Assembly (NCBI GenBank): GCA_958421325.1
Contig: CATZLO010000002.1
Location: forward strand, 529 to 64,528
DNA from: an uncultured Bacilli bacterium
GTDB lineage: Bacteria; Bacillota_I; Bacilli_A; RF39; UBA660
Length of the DNA: 64,000 bases
Reading direction: 5' to 3'
A program made the position numbers and the translations under genes. A model generated the notes under the pieces. It made no database searches, had not been told where the DNA came from, and was given only the letters and a program-made list of their open reading frames with translations. Numbering within the stretch: position 1 is the first letter of the stretch; each line of letters begins with the position of its first letter. This document shows positions 26,457-34,970 of the stretch, piece after piece.

Positions 26457-26965
26457 AAGTTTTGACAAAAAGGAGATATGAAGAGTTGCAAAACGAACTT
26501 TCAAATAATGAACTAGAAATTTGTGATTTAAATAAAAGGTTAGATTTAAAAAAATCTAAAATAGATGAACTTGAACAAGATAAAAAATATATGAAAGAGC
26601 AAATCGATTCTTTTGCTAAAATACGGCAAGAATTACGAGAAAAAATAAAAGAATATAAACAAACATTAAGAAAAGCTAATGGTTCTGTTGGAGGGTTAAC
26701 TAAAGAGAACGAAAAGCTAAAAAACAAAATAAAAGCTTTAGAAAGCGAGGTTGAATTATTAACTGAAACTAAAAATAAATTAGTTAAAAATTGTAAAAAC
26801 TCAATTGATGAAAACACTAAATTAAAAAAAGCTTTAGAAAAGATTAATCAAGAGAAAAGTAAATTACAAACATCAGTAATTCAACTTAATGAAAAAAATA
26901 AAGTATTATCCAGCAAAAAGAAAGTTAAAGACTATTTAAGAAGAGAAGAAAGGAAAGAGAAATAA
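26453..26965 (+). CDS. Coiled-coil protein
   Basis: K/E-rich heptad sequence. ATGA overlap upstream. Confidence 0.4.
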   Translation: MKVLTKRRYEELQNELSNNELEICDLNKRLDLKKSKIDELEQDKKYMKEQIDSFAKIRQELREKIKEYKQTLRKANGSVGGLTKENEKLKNKIKALESEVELLTETKNKLVKNCKNSIDENTKLKKALEKINQEKSKLQTSVIQLNEKNKVLSSKKKVKDYLRREERKEK

Positions 26966-27213
26966 TGAAAGTAACAAATGTAAATTTAAAGAAAGTAGAA
27001 GATAAAGGATCAGTTAAAGCATATGCAACTATTATCTTAGATGATAGTTTAGCAATCCATAATATTAGATTAATCGAAGGGAAAGAGAGATTATTTATTG
27101 CTTTTCCAAACTACAAAGATAAGAATGAAGCATATCACGATTATGTTCATCCAATTGTTTCTAATTTAAGAGAGGCTATTGAAAAAGTTATTTTAGATAA
27201 ATATAATAACTAG
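26965..27213 (+). CDS. SpoVG-family protein
   Basis: MKVTNVNLKKVEDKGSVKAYATIILDDSLAIHNIRLIEGKERLFIAFPN matches the SpoVG fold consensus as recalled. Confidence 0.7.
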   Translation: MKVTNVNLKKVEDKGSVKAYATIILDDSLAIHNIRLIEGKERLFIAFPNYKDKNEAYHDYVHPIVSNLREAIEKVILDKYNN

Positions 27214-27348
27214 ACATTATAAAAAGTAAGTATAATAACACTCCTTGATTATCTTTCATTGCCTCCCTTCTTGTATTAATGGTGGTTTACAATGCGAGTT
27301 TGTCTTACTGGGTTTGGCATTGTTCTATTTTTAGAAAGGGGAAAATAA

Positions 27349-28175
27349 TGAATTTGGAAGAAAAATTAGAAGACTTTGAATTATCTTTAAAAGAAACAGA
27401 AAAAGCAGATGCAACTATAAAGAAGTATAGAACTAATGTTAATGCTTTTATAAAATATGTCGAAGATAAAAAACTCACTAAAAGAACAGTTATAGAGTTT
27501 AAAGAGCAATTAGATAGTGTAGATAAATATTTACCTAATACTACAAATAATTATCTAATTGTTCTAAACAAGTTTTTCAAATTTATTGATCGTGAAGATT
27601 TATGTGTGAAGATAATAAAACAGCAAAATAAGTTCTCTGTAGATTATTCTTTAAGTAAATCTGATTATCATAGATTATTAAGAACAACTAAGAAGTACGA
27701 AGAAGATGATAATTATATTATCTTAAGAATATTAGCCGAAACAGGTATACGTATTTCTGAGTTGTCTTTTTTTAAAGTAGAAAGTCTATCTAAAACTATA
27801 AAGGTTAGAAATAAAGGCAAAGATAGGGAAATACCTATCAAATTAGATTTATTACGAGTAATAAGAAAGTATTGCCGAGATAAAAAAATAAAAGAGGGAT
27901 TAGTTATATTTAATCCTAAAACTAATAAAGCCTATGCTGATTCTACTATTTGGAGAAGATTAAAGAAAATAGCTGGTCGAGCAAGAGTGAATAAAAATTC
28001 AGTACATCCGCATGCTTTTAGACATTACTTTGCAAAATGCTATTTAGAAACTTATCCAAATGATATAGCAGGATTAGCTGATATATTAGGTCATAATTCT
28101 TTAGAAACTACAAGAATTTATACAAAATTAACAAATAAAGAAAAAGAGTTGAAGATTAGAAATATTAAGTTTTAG
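27349..28175 (+). CDS. Tyrosine recombinase (XerC/D-like, short)
   Basis: ETGIRISEL, HPHAFRHYFA, LGHNSLETTRIYT (R..HxxR..Y). ATG 27349 follows AAAGGGGAAAA. Confidence 0.8.
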
Positions 28176-28192
28176 AGAGGAGAAAGTTAAAT

Positions 28193-28522
28193 ATGAAATA
28201 TATAGTAAAGGTAGGAGATATGTTTGTTGAAAATACAATAATGAGTCCAGGTTGGGATGATGGTTCTAGATTAAAAAATATAACATTATCAACCGATAAA
28301 ATTATGAATATGAGTTTGAAAGAAAAGAATGTTATAATGAATAGTTTATCTCTTTATGGAATAAAAGCCACTGCAAAAGAAATCAATGATAGTTATATCT
28401 TACAATATGATTTAGAATTTTTAATTAAAAGAGAAAATAAGTTGCAAAGAATAGAGCAATTATTTAAAAGTGAGGTAGTTGATCTAGAAGAATTAACAAA
28501 ATTAGTGAAAGGGGATAAATAG
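28193..28522 (+). CDS. Hypothetical protein
   Basis: RBS GAGAGGAG. In operon. Confidence 0.4.
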   Translation: MKYIVKVGDMFVENTIMSPGWDDGSRLKNITLSTDKIMNMSLKEKNVIMNSLSLYGIKATAKEINDSYILQYDLEFLIKRENKLQRIEQLFKSEVVDLEELTKLVKGDK

Positions 28523-28523
28523 A

Positions 28524-28715
28524 ATGAAATATTTTTTAAGTGTTATGAAGTATATTTCTTTATCAATCACATTGGTTATTACTTGCTTTATAATTTATTT
28601 TATATTTTTTAGTAGTTTATTAGATTTAGTTTTATTTATTATAATGGAAATAATTTCAATAGTTCAGACTTATACGATAGATAAAATGGCAAAGGAAACG
28701 TGGAGTAATGAATAA
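28524..28715 (+). CDS. Small two-TM membrane protein
   Basis: Hydrophobic 63-aa product. Confidence 0.35.
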   Translation: MKYFLSVMKYISLSITLVITCFIIYFIFFSSLLDLVLFIIMEIISIVQTYTIDKMAKETWSNE

Positions 28716-28726
28716 AGAGGTTCGTA

Positions 28727-28933
28727 ATGAAATTTAGCGATTATATAAAAAATCCTACTATTAATAATTTGATTAAATTAAAGAAAGAGCAACTTTTAAT
28801 ATTAGAAACTGATTTAAAAGACACAGGAGATGATGGTTTTGGCAGAAAGCAAAGAAGAATCGATAATATGAAAGAGGATTTGAGAAGGCTTGAAAATGAC
28901 GCTAAAGAACATATTACAACAAGAAATAAATAA
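28727..28933 (+). CDS. Hypothetical protein
   Basis: Charged 68-aa product. In operon. Confidence 0.35.
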   Translation: MKFSDYIKNPTINNLIKLKKEQLLILETDLKDTGDDGFGRKQRRIDNMKEDLRRLENDAKEHITTRNK

Positions 28934-30290
28934 TAATTACGAGATAGTTTCTAATTTATTAAATACTAGTGAGTGGGCTGCTAAAGAGGTAATTTGTGGT
29001 AATTTAGCTATAGAATTAGATAAATTACAAAAGTTATTAGACTACTTAAATATTGATTTTAAAATAAGTGAATCTCAAGATAACTCAACTTATGAAATAT
29101 CAACAGAAATAAATACTAAAATTTTTAAAAATTATGCTGGTTATTGGTTAGAGAAGAAAAAATATGAAATTAGAGAAAGTACTTTTGCTAATTATACTAA
29201 TTTATTTGTAAATAATATTATTCCGTGTTTAGGCAATATCCCTTGTGATCAGTTTAATAATAAATTATTACAAATGTTTGCTTATTGGTGCCATGATAAA
29301 GGTGGAAAAGATGGGAAAGGTTTATCAGAACATTATATTAAAGATTCATTATTATTAGTAAAGGCTGTAATTAGAGATGGTCAAGAAGAAGGAGTTTTTC
29401 CAGAATTTTCTTTTAGACAAATTAAAATTCCTAAGACTGAACAAATTACAAGTGCAAAGCAAATATATACGGAGAATGAATATAAGAAAATAATTGATTA
29501 TATATTAAAAAATATTAATTCACGTAGTTTAGGAATTCTATTAGGAATTTTTACTGGTATGCGAATTGGCGAAATATGTGCTTTACAATTTAAAGATGTT
29601 GATTTAGATGAAAACATTATTCATATAAATAAAACAGTGCAGAGAATTTATAATCCATTAGATGAATTAGAACCTAGTAAAATAATAATTACCCCAGGAA
29701 AAACAAAAAATTCCATTAGGGATGTACCAATTTCAAAAGATATTTCTAACATTATAAAAGCATTAAAGAAGGACGATAAATTTTATATCCTGAGTAATAA
29801 TAGTAAACCAATTGAACCTAGAACATATAGAAAATTTTATAATAAATTTATGAAAGAAGCAGGAGTAGAACCGATTAAATTTCATTCATTAAGACACACT
29901 TTTGCAAGTATGAATATCGAAAATGGGATTGATGTAAAAACTATAAGTGATATTCTAGGACATTCTGATATATCAATAACTCTACAGACATATACTCACA
30001 CTACGCAGAAAGCTAAAGAAAAAGCAATAGAAAAATTTAATAATATGTTTAAAACAGAAGAAGAAAAACTAAAATTTACTGCTAATTACAAAGGAAATGT
30101 TTGTTGTATTAATAAAAGAACTAGAAAAATAGATTTTTTGGGTACAATTGCAGAAATTGCGGATTATTTGGCTACAAAAAGTACTTATGTATGTAATGTA
30201 ATTAATGGTATAGAAGATGATAATGTTTATGAAATTGTACCAAAAATAGAAGGAATAACTCATAAAAATGGCTTTTACATGGGTGGCTAA
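28896..30290 (+). CDS. Tyrosine integrase (SAM-like N-domain plus catalytic domain plus C-terminal HTH-like extension)
   Basis: GMRIGEICAL, HSLRHTFAS, LGHSDISITLQTYTH. Extra C-terminal about 70 aa (..TIAEIADYLATKSTYVCNVINGIE..). Confidence 0.8.
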   Translation: MTLKNILQQEINNNYEIVSNLLNTSEWAAKEVICGNLAIELDKLQKLLDYLNIDFKISESQDNSTYEISTEINTKIFKNYAGYWLEKKKYEIRESTFANYTNLFVNNIIPCLGNIPCDQFNNKLLQMFAYWCHDKGGKDGKGLSEHYIKDSLLLVKAVIRDGQEEGVFPEFSFRQIKIPKTEQITSAKQIYTENEYKKIIDYILKNINSRSLGILLGIFTGMRIGEICALQFKDVDLDENIIHINKTVQRIYNPLDELEPSKIIITPGKTKNSIRDVPISKDISNIIKALKKDDKFYILSNNSKPIEPRTYRKFYNKFMKEAGVEPIKFHSLRHTFASMNIENGIDVKTISDILGHSDISITLQTYTHTTQKAKEKAIEKFNNMFKTEEEKLKFTANYKGNVCCINKRTRKIDFLGTIAEIADYLATKSTYVCNVINGIEDDNVYEIVPKIEGITHKNGFYMGG

Positions 30291-30530
30291 ATGAAAAAAC
30301 TAATATCTTATAAAAAAAATTCAAATAATATAGATAATTCATTAATTCAATTAAGAAAAAAATTAGAATTTATAGGTTTAGATTCTAATGAAATAAATGA
30401 GATTTTAGAAAAGTATAAAAGTACATATGATTATGCTTTTTATGAATTAAGAATAGCTTCTTATAGCTTTGTAACGACTATGAAAAAATCATTAAAAAAA
30501 TGTCAAAAGTATTTTAAGAAGAAAATGTAG
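30291..30530 (+). CDS. Hypothetical protein
   Basis: Start abuts the integrase stop. Confidence 0.35.
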   Translation: MKKLISYKKNSNNIDNSLIQLRKKLEFIGLDSNEINEILEKYKSTYDYAFYELRIASYSFVTTMKKSLKKCQKYFKKKM

Positions 30531-30619
30531 ATTTAATACTTATATAATAAAGGAAAAATGGCAATTTGATTTATGCAAGATAATATCAGGTTCTATTGCA
30601 TCATATAAAGGAGGAGAAT

Positions 30620-30814
30620 ATGTGGTTACTGATATTGTTAATTATAGATATATTACTTGTGTATTCCATTATGGTAACAATTAATTTAATTAAGTTAAAA
30701 AATCAAAATATAGTTGACCGTGAAAGATTTGAAAACACTTTAAATACATTAATTAATCTTGATCCTAAAATAAAAAAATATATGGAGGCTAGAAATGAAA
30801 GCAATTATAGATAA
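30620..30814 (+). CDS. Small membrane protein
   Basis: ATG 30620 follows AAAGGAGGAG. N-terminal TM helix. Confidence 0.4.
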   Translation: MWLLILLIIDILLVYSIMVTINLIKLKNQNIVDRERFENTLNTLINLDPKIKKYMEARNESNYR

Positions 30815-31103
30815 TAAAATTTATGATACAGATAAATGTGAATTATTATTTACATATCATCGTAGAATTTTGAAAAAAGGTATCTTTTATGAATATGGTG
30901 TTTGGTATGAAGCAAAAGTTTTAAAAACTACTAAAGGAACGTACTTAAGATATACAAATAAACCTGTAGAAAAAGGTTATGAAGATATTAATGAACTAAA
31001 TGAACTAGTTATTATAACCGAAGAAGAAGTTAAAAAAGTGTTAATAGAATTAAATGAAATTGATTTATATCAAAAAGAATTTGGAAAATTGGAGGAAGGA
31101 TAA
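30795..31103 (+). CDS. Hypothetical protein
   Basis: RBS GGAGG upstream. In operon. Confidence 0.4.
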   Translation: MKAIIDNKIYDTDKCELLFTYHRRILKKGIFYEYGVWYEAKVLKTTKGTYLRYTNKPVEKGYEDINELNELVIITEEEVKKVLIELNEIDLYQKEFGKLEEG

Positions 31104-31104
31104 A

Positions 31105-31290
31105 ATGGCAAAGTGGCAAGTAGCATTATTAAGTTCACTATGTACTTTGGTAGCGGTAATAATGGTTATATTTATTTATACTTTTATAGAGTGTGGGGTT
31201 ATAGATGTTATTGAAGAAGAAATAATAGATGATTATTGCAGTAATATATCAATTACAGAAGCTAGGGACTTGGAGGTTTGTAATGACTAG
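31105..31290 (+). CDS. Small membrane protein
   Basis: ATG 31105 follows GGAGGAAGG. One TM helix. Confidence 0.4.
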   Translation: MAKWQVALLSSLCTLVAVIMVIFIYTFIECGVIDVIEEEIIDDYCSNISITEARDLEVCND

Positions 31291-31519
31291 AGAAGATTAT
31301 TCAAAATATTACATTAATGGTTCAGACCATTACTTAATACCGAAAGATATATTTAATGAGTTATTTAATGAAATGGAGAACTGGAAGAAAGAAGCTCATC
31401 AATACAAAGAAGTAATTGATAAAGCAGTAGAAAAAATAGAAAGTTGGTATTTTGCTTTAGATTATGCTGAACGTAATAGATTAAAAATAATTATAGACAT
31501 ATTAAAAGAGGTGATTTAA
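31283..31519 (+). CDS. Hypothetical protein
   Basis: ATG 31283 follows GGAGG. C-terminus is paralogous to the next ORF (KE.IDKAVE...ILKEV). Confidence 0.4.
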   Translation: MTREDYSKYYINGSDHYLIPKDIFNELFNEMENWKKEAHQYKEVIDKAVEKIESWYFALDYAERNRLKIIIDILKEVI

Positions 31520-31803
31520 TGGACTATAAAGAAAGATTAAAACAATATCTTGAAGAAGATGTTATATATAGTGAATATAAAAGTGGCAAATGTGATATGA
31601 GCGATTTTGATAAATACTGTATAGAGCATTGCAAAGACATAGAGTGCCTATTAAAAAAAGTTCAAGAATATAAAGAAATAATTGATAAAGCAGTAGAACT
31701 ATTAGGTAATTATAAACATTATTCAACTCCTGATGAAAAACAGAATAGTGATAATGAAGCTTTAGTTGACAAAGCTTTTAATATTTTGAAAGAGGTGGAG
31801 TAA
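31519..31803 (+). CDS. Hypothetical protein (paralog of 31283-31519 C-terminus)
   Basis: Shared QEYKEIIDKAVE..FNILKEVE block. Confidence 0.4.
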   Translation: MDYKERLKQYLEEDVIYSEYKSGKCDMSDFDKYCIEHCKDIECLLKKVQEYKEIIDKAVELLGNYKHYSTPDEKQNSDNEALVDKAFNILKEVE

Positions 31804-32133
31804 ATGTTAGACGATAATGAATTACTATTTGATGAACTTTACGAAAAGACTAAAGATTGTGGCAGAGTTCAATTCATTAACTTGCTAATGGAAAAAGAAA
31901 GAGAAAATAGAGAGTTAAAGATGCAACTTGAAAAAAAATATGAAAAAGTTGGTACTTTGACTGGAGAATTATTATATGAAGAAAATACAAAATTAATTAA
32001 TCAACAAAAAGAGTTTATAAATTACTTAGAAAGTGAAAGTAAGGAATTAATAAGGGATGCCGGCTATCATCAAAGAATATGCCTAGAAATATTAGAAAAA
32101 TATAAAGAAATAATAGGAGTTAGAAATGAATAA
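31804..32133 (+). CDS. Hypothetical coiled-coil protein
   Basis: In operon, charged. Confidence 0.4.
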   Translation: MLDDNELLFDELYEKTKDCGRVQFINLLMEKERENRELKMQLEKKYEKVGTLTGELLYEENTKLINQQKEFINYLESESKELIRDAGYHQRICLEILEKYKEIIGVRNE

Positions 32134-32347
32134 AAAAGTAGCGGTTATTATTTTATTGCTATCACTAATATTAATAACTGGTTGTAGCAATAAAAAATGT
32201 GTTAAAAGCCATAAAGAAAAAAGTACTTGTGTATATTATACCTATGTTTATTCAGGAAAAGTATTAGTACCTATCCCACATTATTATGTGTGTGAAATAA
32301 CAGTTTGTGATAAATATGAAAGTGAGGTATCAGATGTTAAAGATTAA
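32126..32347 (+). CDS. Small lipoprotein
   Basis: Signal peptide with lipobox LITGC. Confidence 0.5.
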   Translation: MNKKVAVIILLLSLILITGCSNKKCVKSHKEKSTCVYYTYVYSGKVLVPIPHYYVCEITVCDKYESEVSDVKD

Positions 32348-32598
32348 AGAAATGTAGATTTAAAAGAGTTAGAAAAGTTTGGATTCAAATATAATCCTAA
32401 TTGTTATGAGAATTGGAGAAAAACTTTTGAAAATTCTATGAGTGGAGATGTAAAGATAAGGATAACAAATGAAAGAACTGTTTATCCAGTTATAGATTTG
32501 GATTTTTACAATTTAGGTCATTCATCTGAATTTAAATTGCACGATACTTTATATGACTTAATCAAAGCAGATTTAGTAGAGAAAGTAGAGGATAAGTA
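32334..32598 (+). pseudogene. Small phage ORF interrupted by a frameshift 6 codons after its start
   Basis: ATG 32334 (SD GTGAGGT) reads MLKIKEM*. The 83-codon ORF 32348-32598 (..NVDLKELEKFGFKYN..) has no start codon of its own and lies in the -1 frame. Confidence 0.45.
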
Positions 32599-32832
32599 AT
32601 GAAAGAAAAAGAATTACAAGAAAAAATTGATAAAGCATTAGATATAGCATTACAGTATGGGCAAACAGATGGAGAACATCATAAAGCTTGGGTAATAGAC
32701 CAAATAGTTAGAGTTCTTGCTGGAGATAACTATAAAAAAATTATAAATGAGTATGTATTTGATGGCAAAGATCCAGTAGAAGCAGTATTAGAGGAAGAGT
32801 TTTATGTTTGGGATATTGGTATTGCACCATAG
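32599..32832 (+). CDS. Hypothetical protein
   Basis: ATG overlaps the upstream stop (TAATG). Confidence 0.4.
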   Translation: MKEKELQEKIDKALDIALQYGQTDGEHHKAWVIDQIVRVLAGDNYKKIINEYVFDGKDPVEAVLEEEFYVWDIGIAP

Positions 32833-32843
32833 GAGGATAAGTA

Positions 32844-33080
32844 ATGAATGAAGAAGAATTAAAGTTGTTAGATAAAATAGAAGAACTACCTAGAGAATTA
32901 GATATTGAGATAAGAGGATTAATTCTTTCCGAAGTTTGTTTAAGAGAAGAAAACAAGCATTTAAAAGAAAAAATAAATAAAGCATTACATAGAATACAAT
33001 TACTTCAAATGGACGGAGAAGTATCAATAAGAGATTTAGGAAAAATAGCAAATATTTTAATAGATAAAGAGGTGGAATAA
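32844..33080 (+). CDS. Hypothetical protein
   Basis: RBS AGGAGG upstream. Confidence 0.4.
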   Translation: MNEEELKLLDKIEELPRELDIEIRGLILSEVCLREENKHLKEKINKALHRIQLLQMDGEVSIRDLGKIANILIDKEVE

Positions 33081-33353
33081 ATGATAGTACCTACTTATGA
33101 AACAAGTTCAAAGGAAAAGGAATTAATTATTTCAAAATTGCAACAAGAAAATCAAGAATTAAAGAAACAATATTGTGAAAGAACTGACTGTTCTGGAAGA
33201 ATAGGTAATAGCAAGAAATTGGAAAGGTTAGAAATGGAAAATAGAAATTTAAGGAGAGCGATAAAGAAACTTCTTAATAATGAAGATATAGGGACAGGTT
33301 TAATGAATACATTGTATGGTTATGGATTATTTAATGAACAAGATAATAATTAA
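33081..33353 (+). CDS. Hypothetical protein
   Basis: RBS GAGGTGG upstream. Confidence 0.4.
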   Translation: MIVPTYETSSKEKELIISKLQQENQELKKQYCERTDCSGRIGNSKKLERLEMENRNLRRAIKKLLNNEDIGTGLMNTLYGYGLFNEQDNN

Positions 33354-33374
33354 ATATAAAGATATGGAGGGTGT

Positions 33375-33923
33375 ATGGATAGTAAAATAAATAATAAAGA
33401 AATAGTTGGTATTGTTATTGATGAATTAGAAAAAAGGTCTATTATAAAAAAGAATTATTCAACTTATAAAAATACTGAAAGAATATTATATGATTACCCT
33501 AAACTTAAGGATACTATTGTTGAAAGAAAAGAACAGATAAAAGAACTTAAAGATTATGGCATACCTAATAAATCTAAATCTATAACATCTATTTCAACTA
33601 ATAGTTTTAGGCAAGATGCTGATGATATAATTGAACAGTCTATTAAAAATCTAAACAAGGATATCTATAAAACAGAAGTTATTATAAAGTTTATAGATAG
33701 AATATTAAATAAGTTTAAAGATGATCCTTATATATCAGTAATTAAGTTATACTATTTTGAGAATAAGACTCATGAACAAATTGCTGAATTATATGATCAA
33801 AAGAAGAAAACATCTAGACCAACAGCACCTACAACAATAGCGAATAATAAATATAGATTAGTAAAAGAACTTCAGAAATACATATTTCCAAACGATTATT
33901 TATATAACCTATTAGGGTATTGA
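33375..33923 (+). CDS. ArpU/RinA-like late-gene activator (sigma-70 region-4-like)
   Basis: Last gene before the packaging module. C-terminal ..LYYFENKTHEQIAELY..TIANNKYRLVKEL resembles sigma region 4 / ArpU. Confidence 0.45.
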   Translation: MDSKINNKEIVGIVIDELEKRSIIKKNYSTYKNTERILYDYPKLKDTIVERKEQIKELKDYGIPNKSKSITSISTNSFRQDADDIIEQSIKNLNKDIYKTEVIIKFIDRILNKFKDDPYISVIKLYYFENKTHEQIAELYDQKKKTSRPTAPTTIANNKYRLVKELQKYIFPNDYLYNLLGY

Positions 33924-34057
33924 CAAAATGAAAAACGTTTGAAAATGGCCGCTATTTTAATGTGAAAAAGAGTATATTATAATTTGTATAGTGAATTTAT
34001 TTTAAATATTCACTGAGGGAGATTATGTCTCTCTTTTTTTGTTGTAGGAAGGAAAAG

Positions 34058-34423
34058 ATGAAGAAAAGAAGAAAGAGAAGAAAATATTATGACTGGCCAA
34101 AGGAGATAGCGAAGGGTAATACTGATGCTTTCTATAACTCAACAGATTATGATATTTGGAGAGAAAAGGTATTAGAAAGAGATCATTATGAGTGTCAATT
34201 CTTTGCTGGTAAATGGGATGATGGCATCCATAAACCTAATGTTATAAAACCTGTTCGTGCCACAACTGCTCATCATAAGAAAGCTATAAAAGAAAGACCA
34301 GATTTATGTTTAGATGTAGATAATGGTGTAGCATTATCTTTTATTGCTCATGAGATAATAGAAGATAGGGCAAGGTTTCGTTTTAAAAAGAAAAAGAAAC
34401 TTTTAACAGAAGAAAAGTGGTAA
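34058..34423 (+). CDS. HNH endonuclease (packaging-associated)
   Basis: RDHYECQF...AHHKKAIKERPDL..DNGVALS..H pattern. Immediately upstream of the terminase genes. Confidence 0.8.
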   Translation: MKKRRKRRKYYDWPKEIAKGNTDAFYNSTDYDIWREKVLERDHYECQFFAGKWDDGIHKPNVIKPVRATTAHHKKAIKERPDLCLDVDNGVALSFIAHEIIEDRARFRFKKKKKLLTEEKW

Positions 34424-34439
34424 AAAAATAAAATATTCT

Positions 34440-34580
34440 TTTCTTTTCTAGAAAAAAACTCCCCCCATCAAAAACTAGGTATATAATTTGCTTAAGGCTA
34501 GCGGGTGTGTGGTTAATGACTAAATAAGTCTTCACGCGTACGCGTGCGTGGAAGGGGCGTAGATAGGTGGTGATTATTGT
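34440..34580. other. Candidate cos region (GC-rich island with 14-bp perfect palindrome)
   Basis: CACGCGTACGCGTG at 34533-34546, a C6 run at 34461-34466, TTTTCTAGAAAA. Lies between the HNH and terS genes. Confidence 0.5.
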
Positions 34581-34970
34581 GTGGCTTCTAAGGTAAAAAA
34601 ATATTCTAAAACAATAAAGAAAGTAACAGAAAAAGATATATCATTAATTGCAGAAGATATTAACGAACAGTTAGCATCTTTATCAAAATTTGGTAAATTT
34701 TATGATGATTTGGTTAATGATTATCTTTCTTTACTAACAATTAGGGATGCTTTAAAGGAAGATATTCAAGAAAAAGGTGTAAGATATACTTTTACAAATG
34801 GCAATGGTAAAGAGCAAGAAAAAGCTAATGAATCAGTAAGTAGTCTTATCAAAGTAGAGCAGATTATGCTAAAAATACTCAATGATTTAGGTATTAATCA
34901 GCCATTTATAAAGCCACCAATAGAGAAAAGCAATCAAGAGACTGGTTCTGATGAAGATGATTTATTGTAA
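34581..34970 (+). CDS. Terminase small subunit (P27-family-like)
   Basis: Position and size. GTG start after TAGGTGGTG. The ..LKILNDLGINQ.. C-terminus is typical of the P27 family. Confidence 0.65.
   Translation: MASKVKKYSKTIKKVTEKDISLIAEDINEQLASLSKFGKFYDDLVNDYLSLLTIRDALKEDIQEKGVRYTFTNGNGKEQEKANESVSSLIKVEQIMLKILNDLGINQPFIKPPIEKSNQETGSDEDDLL

Noticed and set aside
27188-27259. Minus-strand 23-codon hydrophobic mini-ORF (MKDNQGVLLYLLFIMSSYYIYLK) after GGGAGG, in the gap before the first tyrosine recombinase.
   Set aside because: The SD-to-ATG spacing is only 2 nt, and there is no promoter or terminator context.
27322-30597. The 8-mer GTTCTATT in direct orientation on both sides of the two tyrosine recombinase genes (27322-27329 and 30590-30597), as possible nested-element ends.
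   Set aside because: The flanks do not align beyond 8 nt. A match of this length between two 100-nt AT-rich windows is expected by chance.
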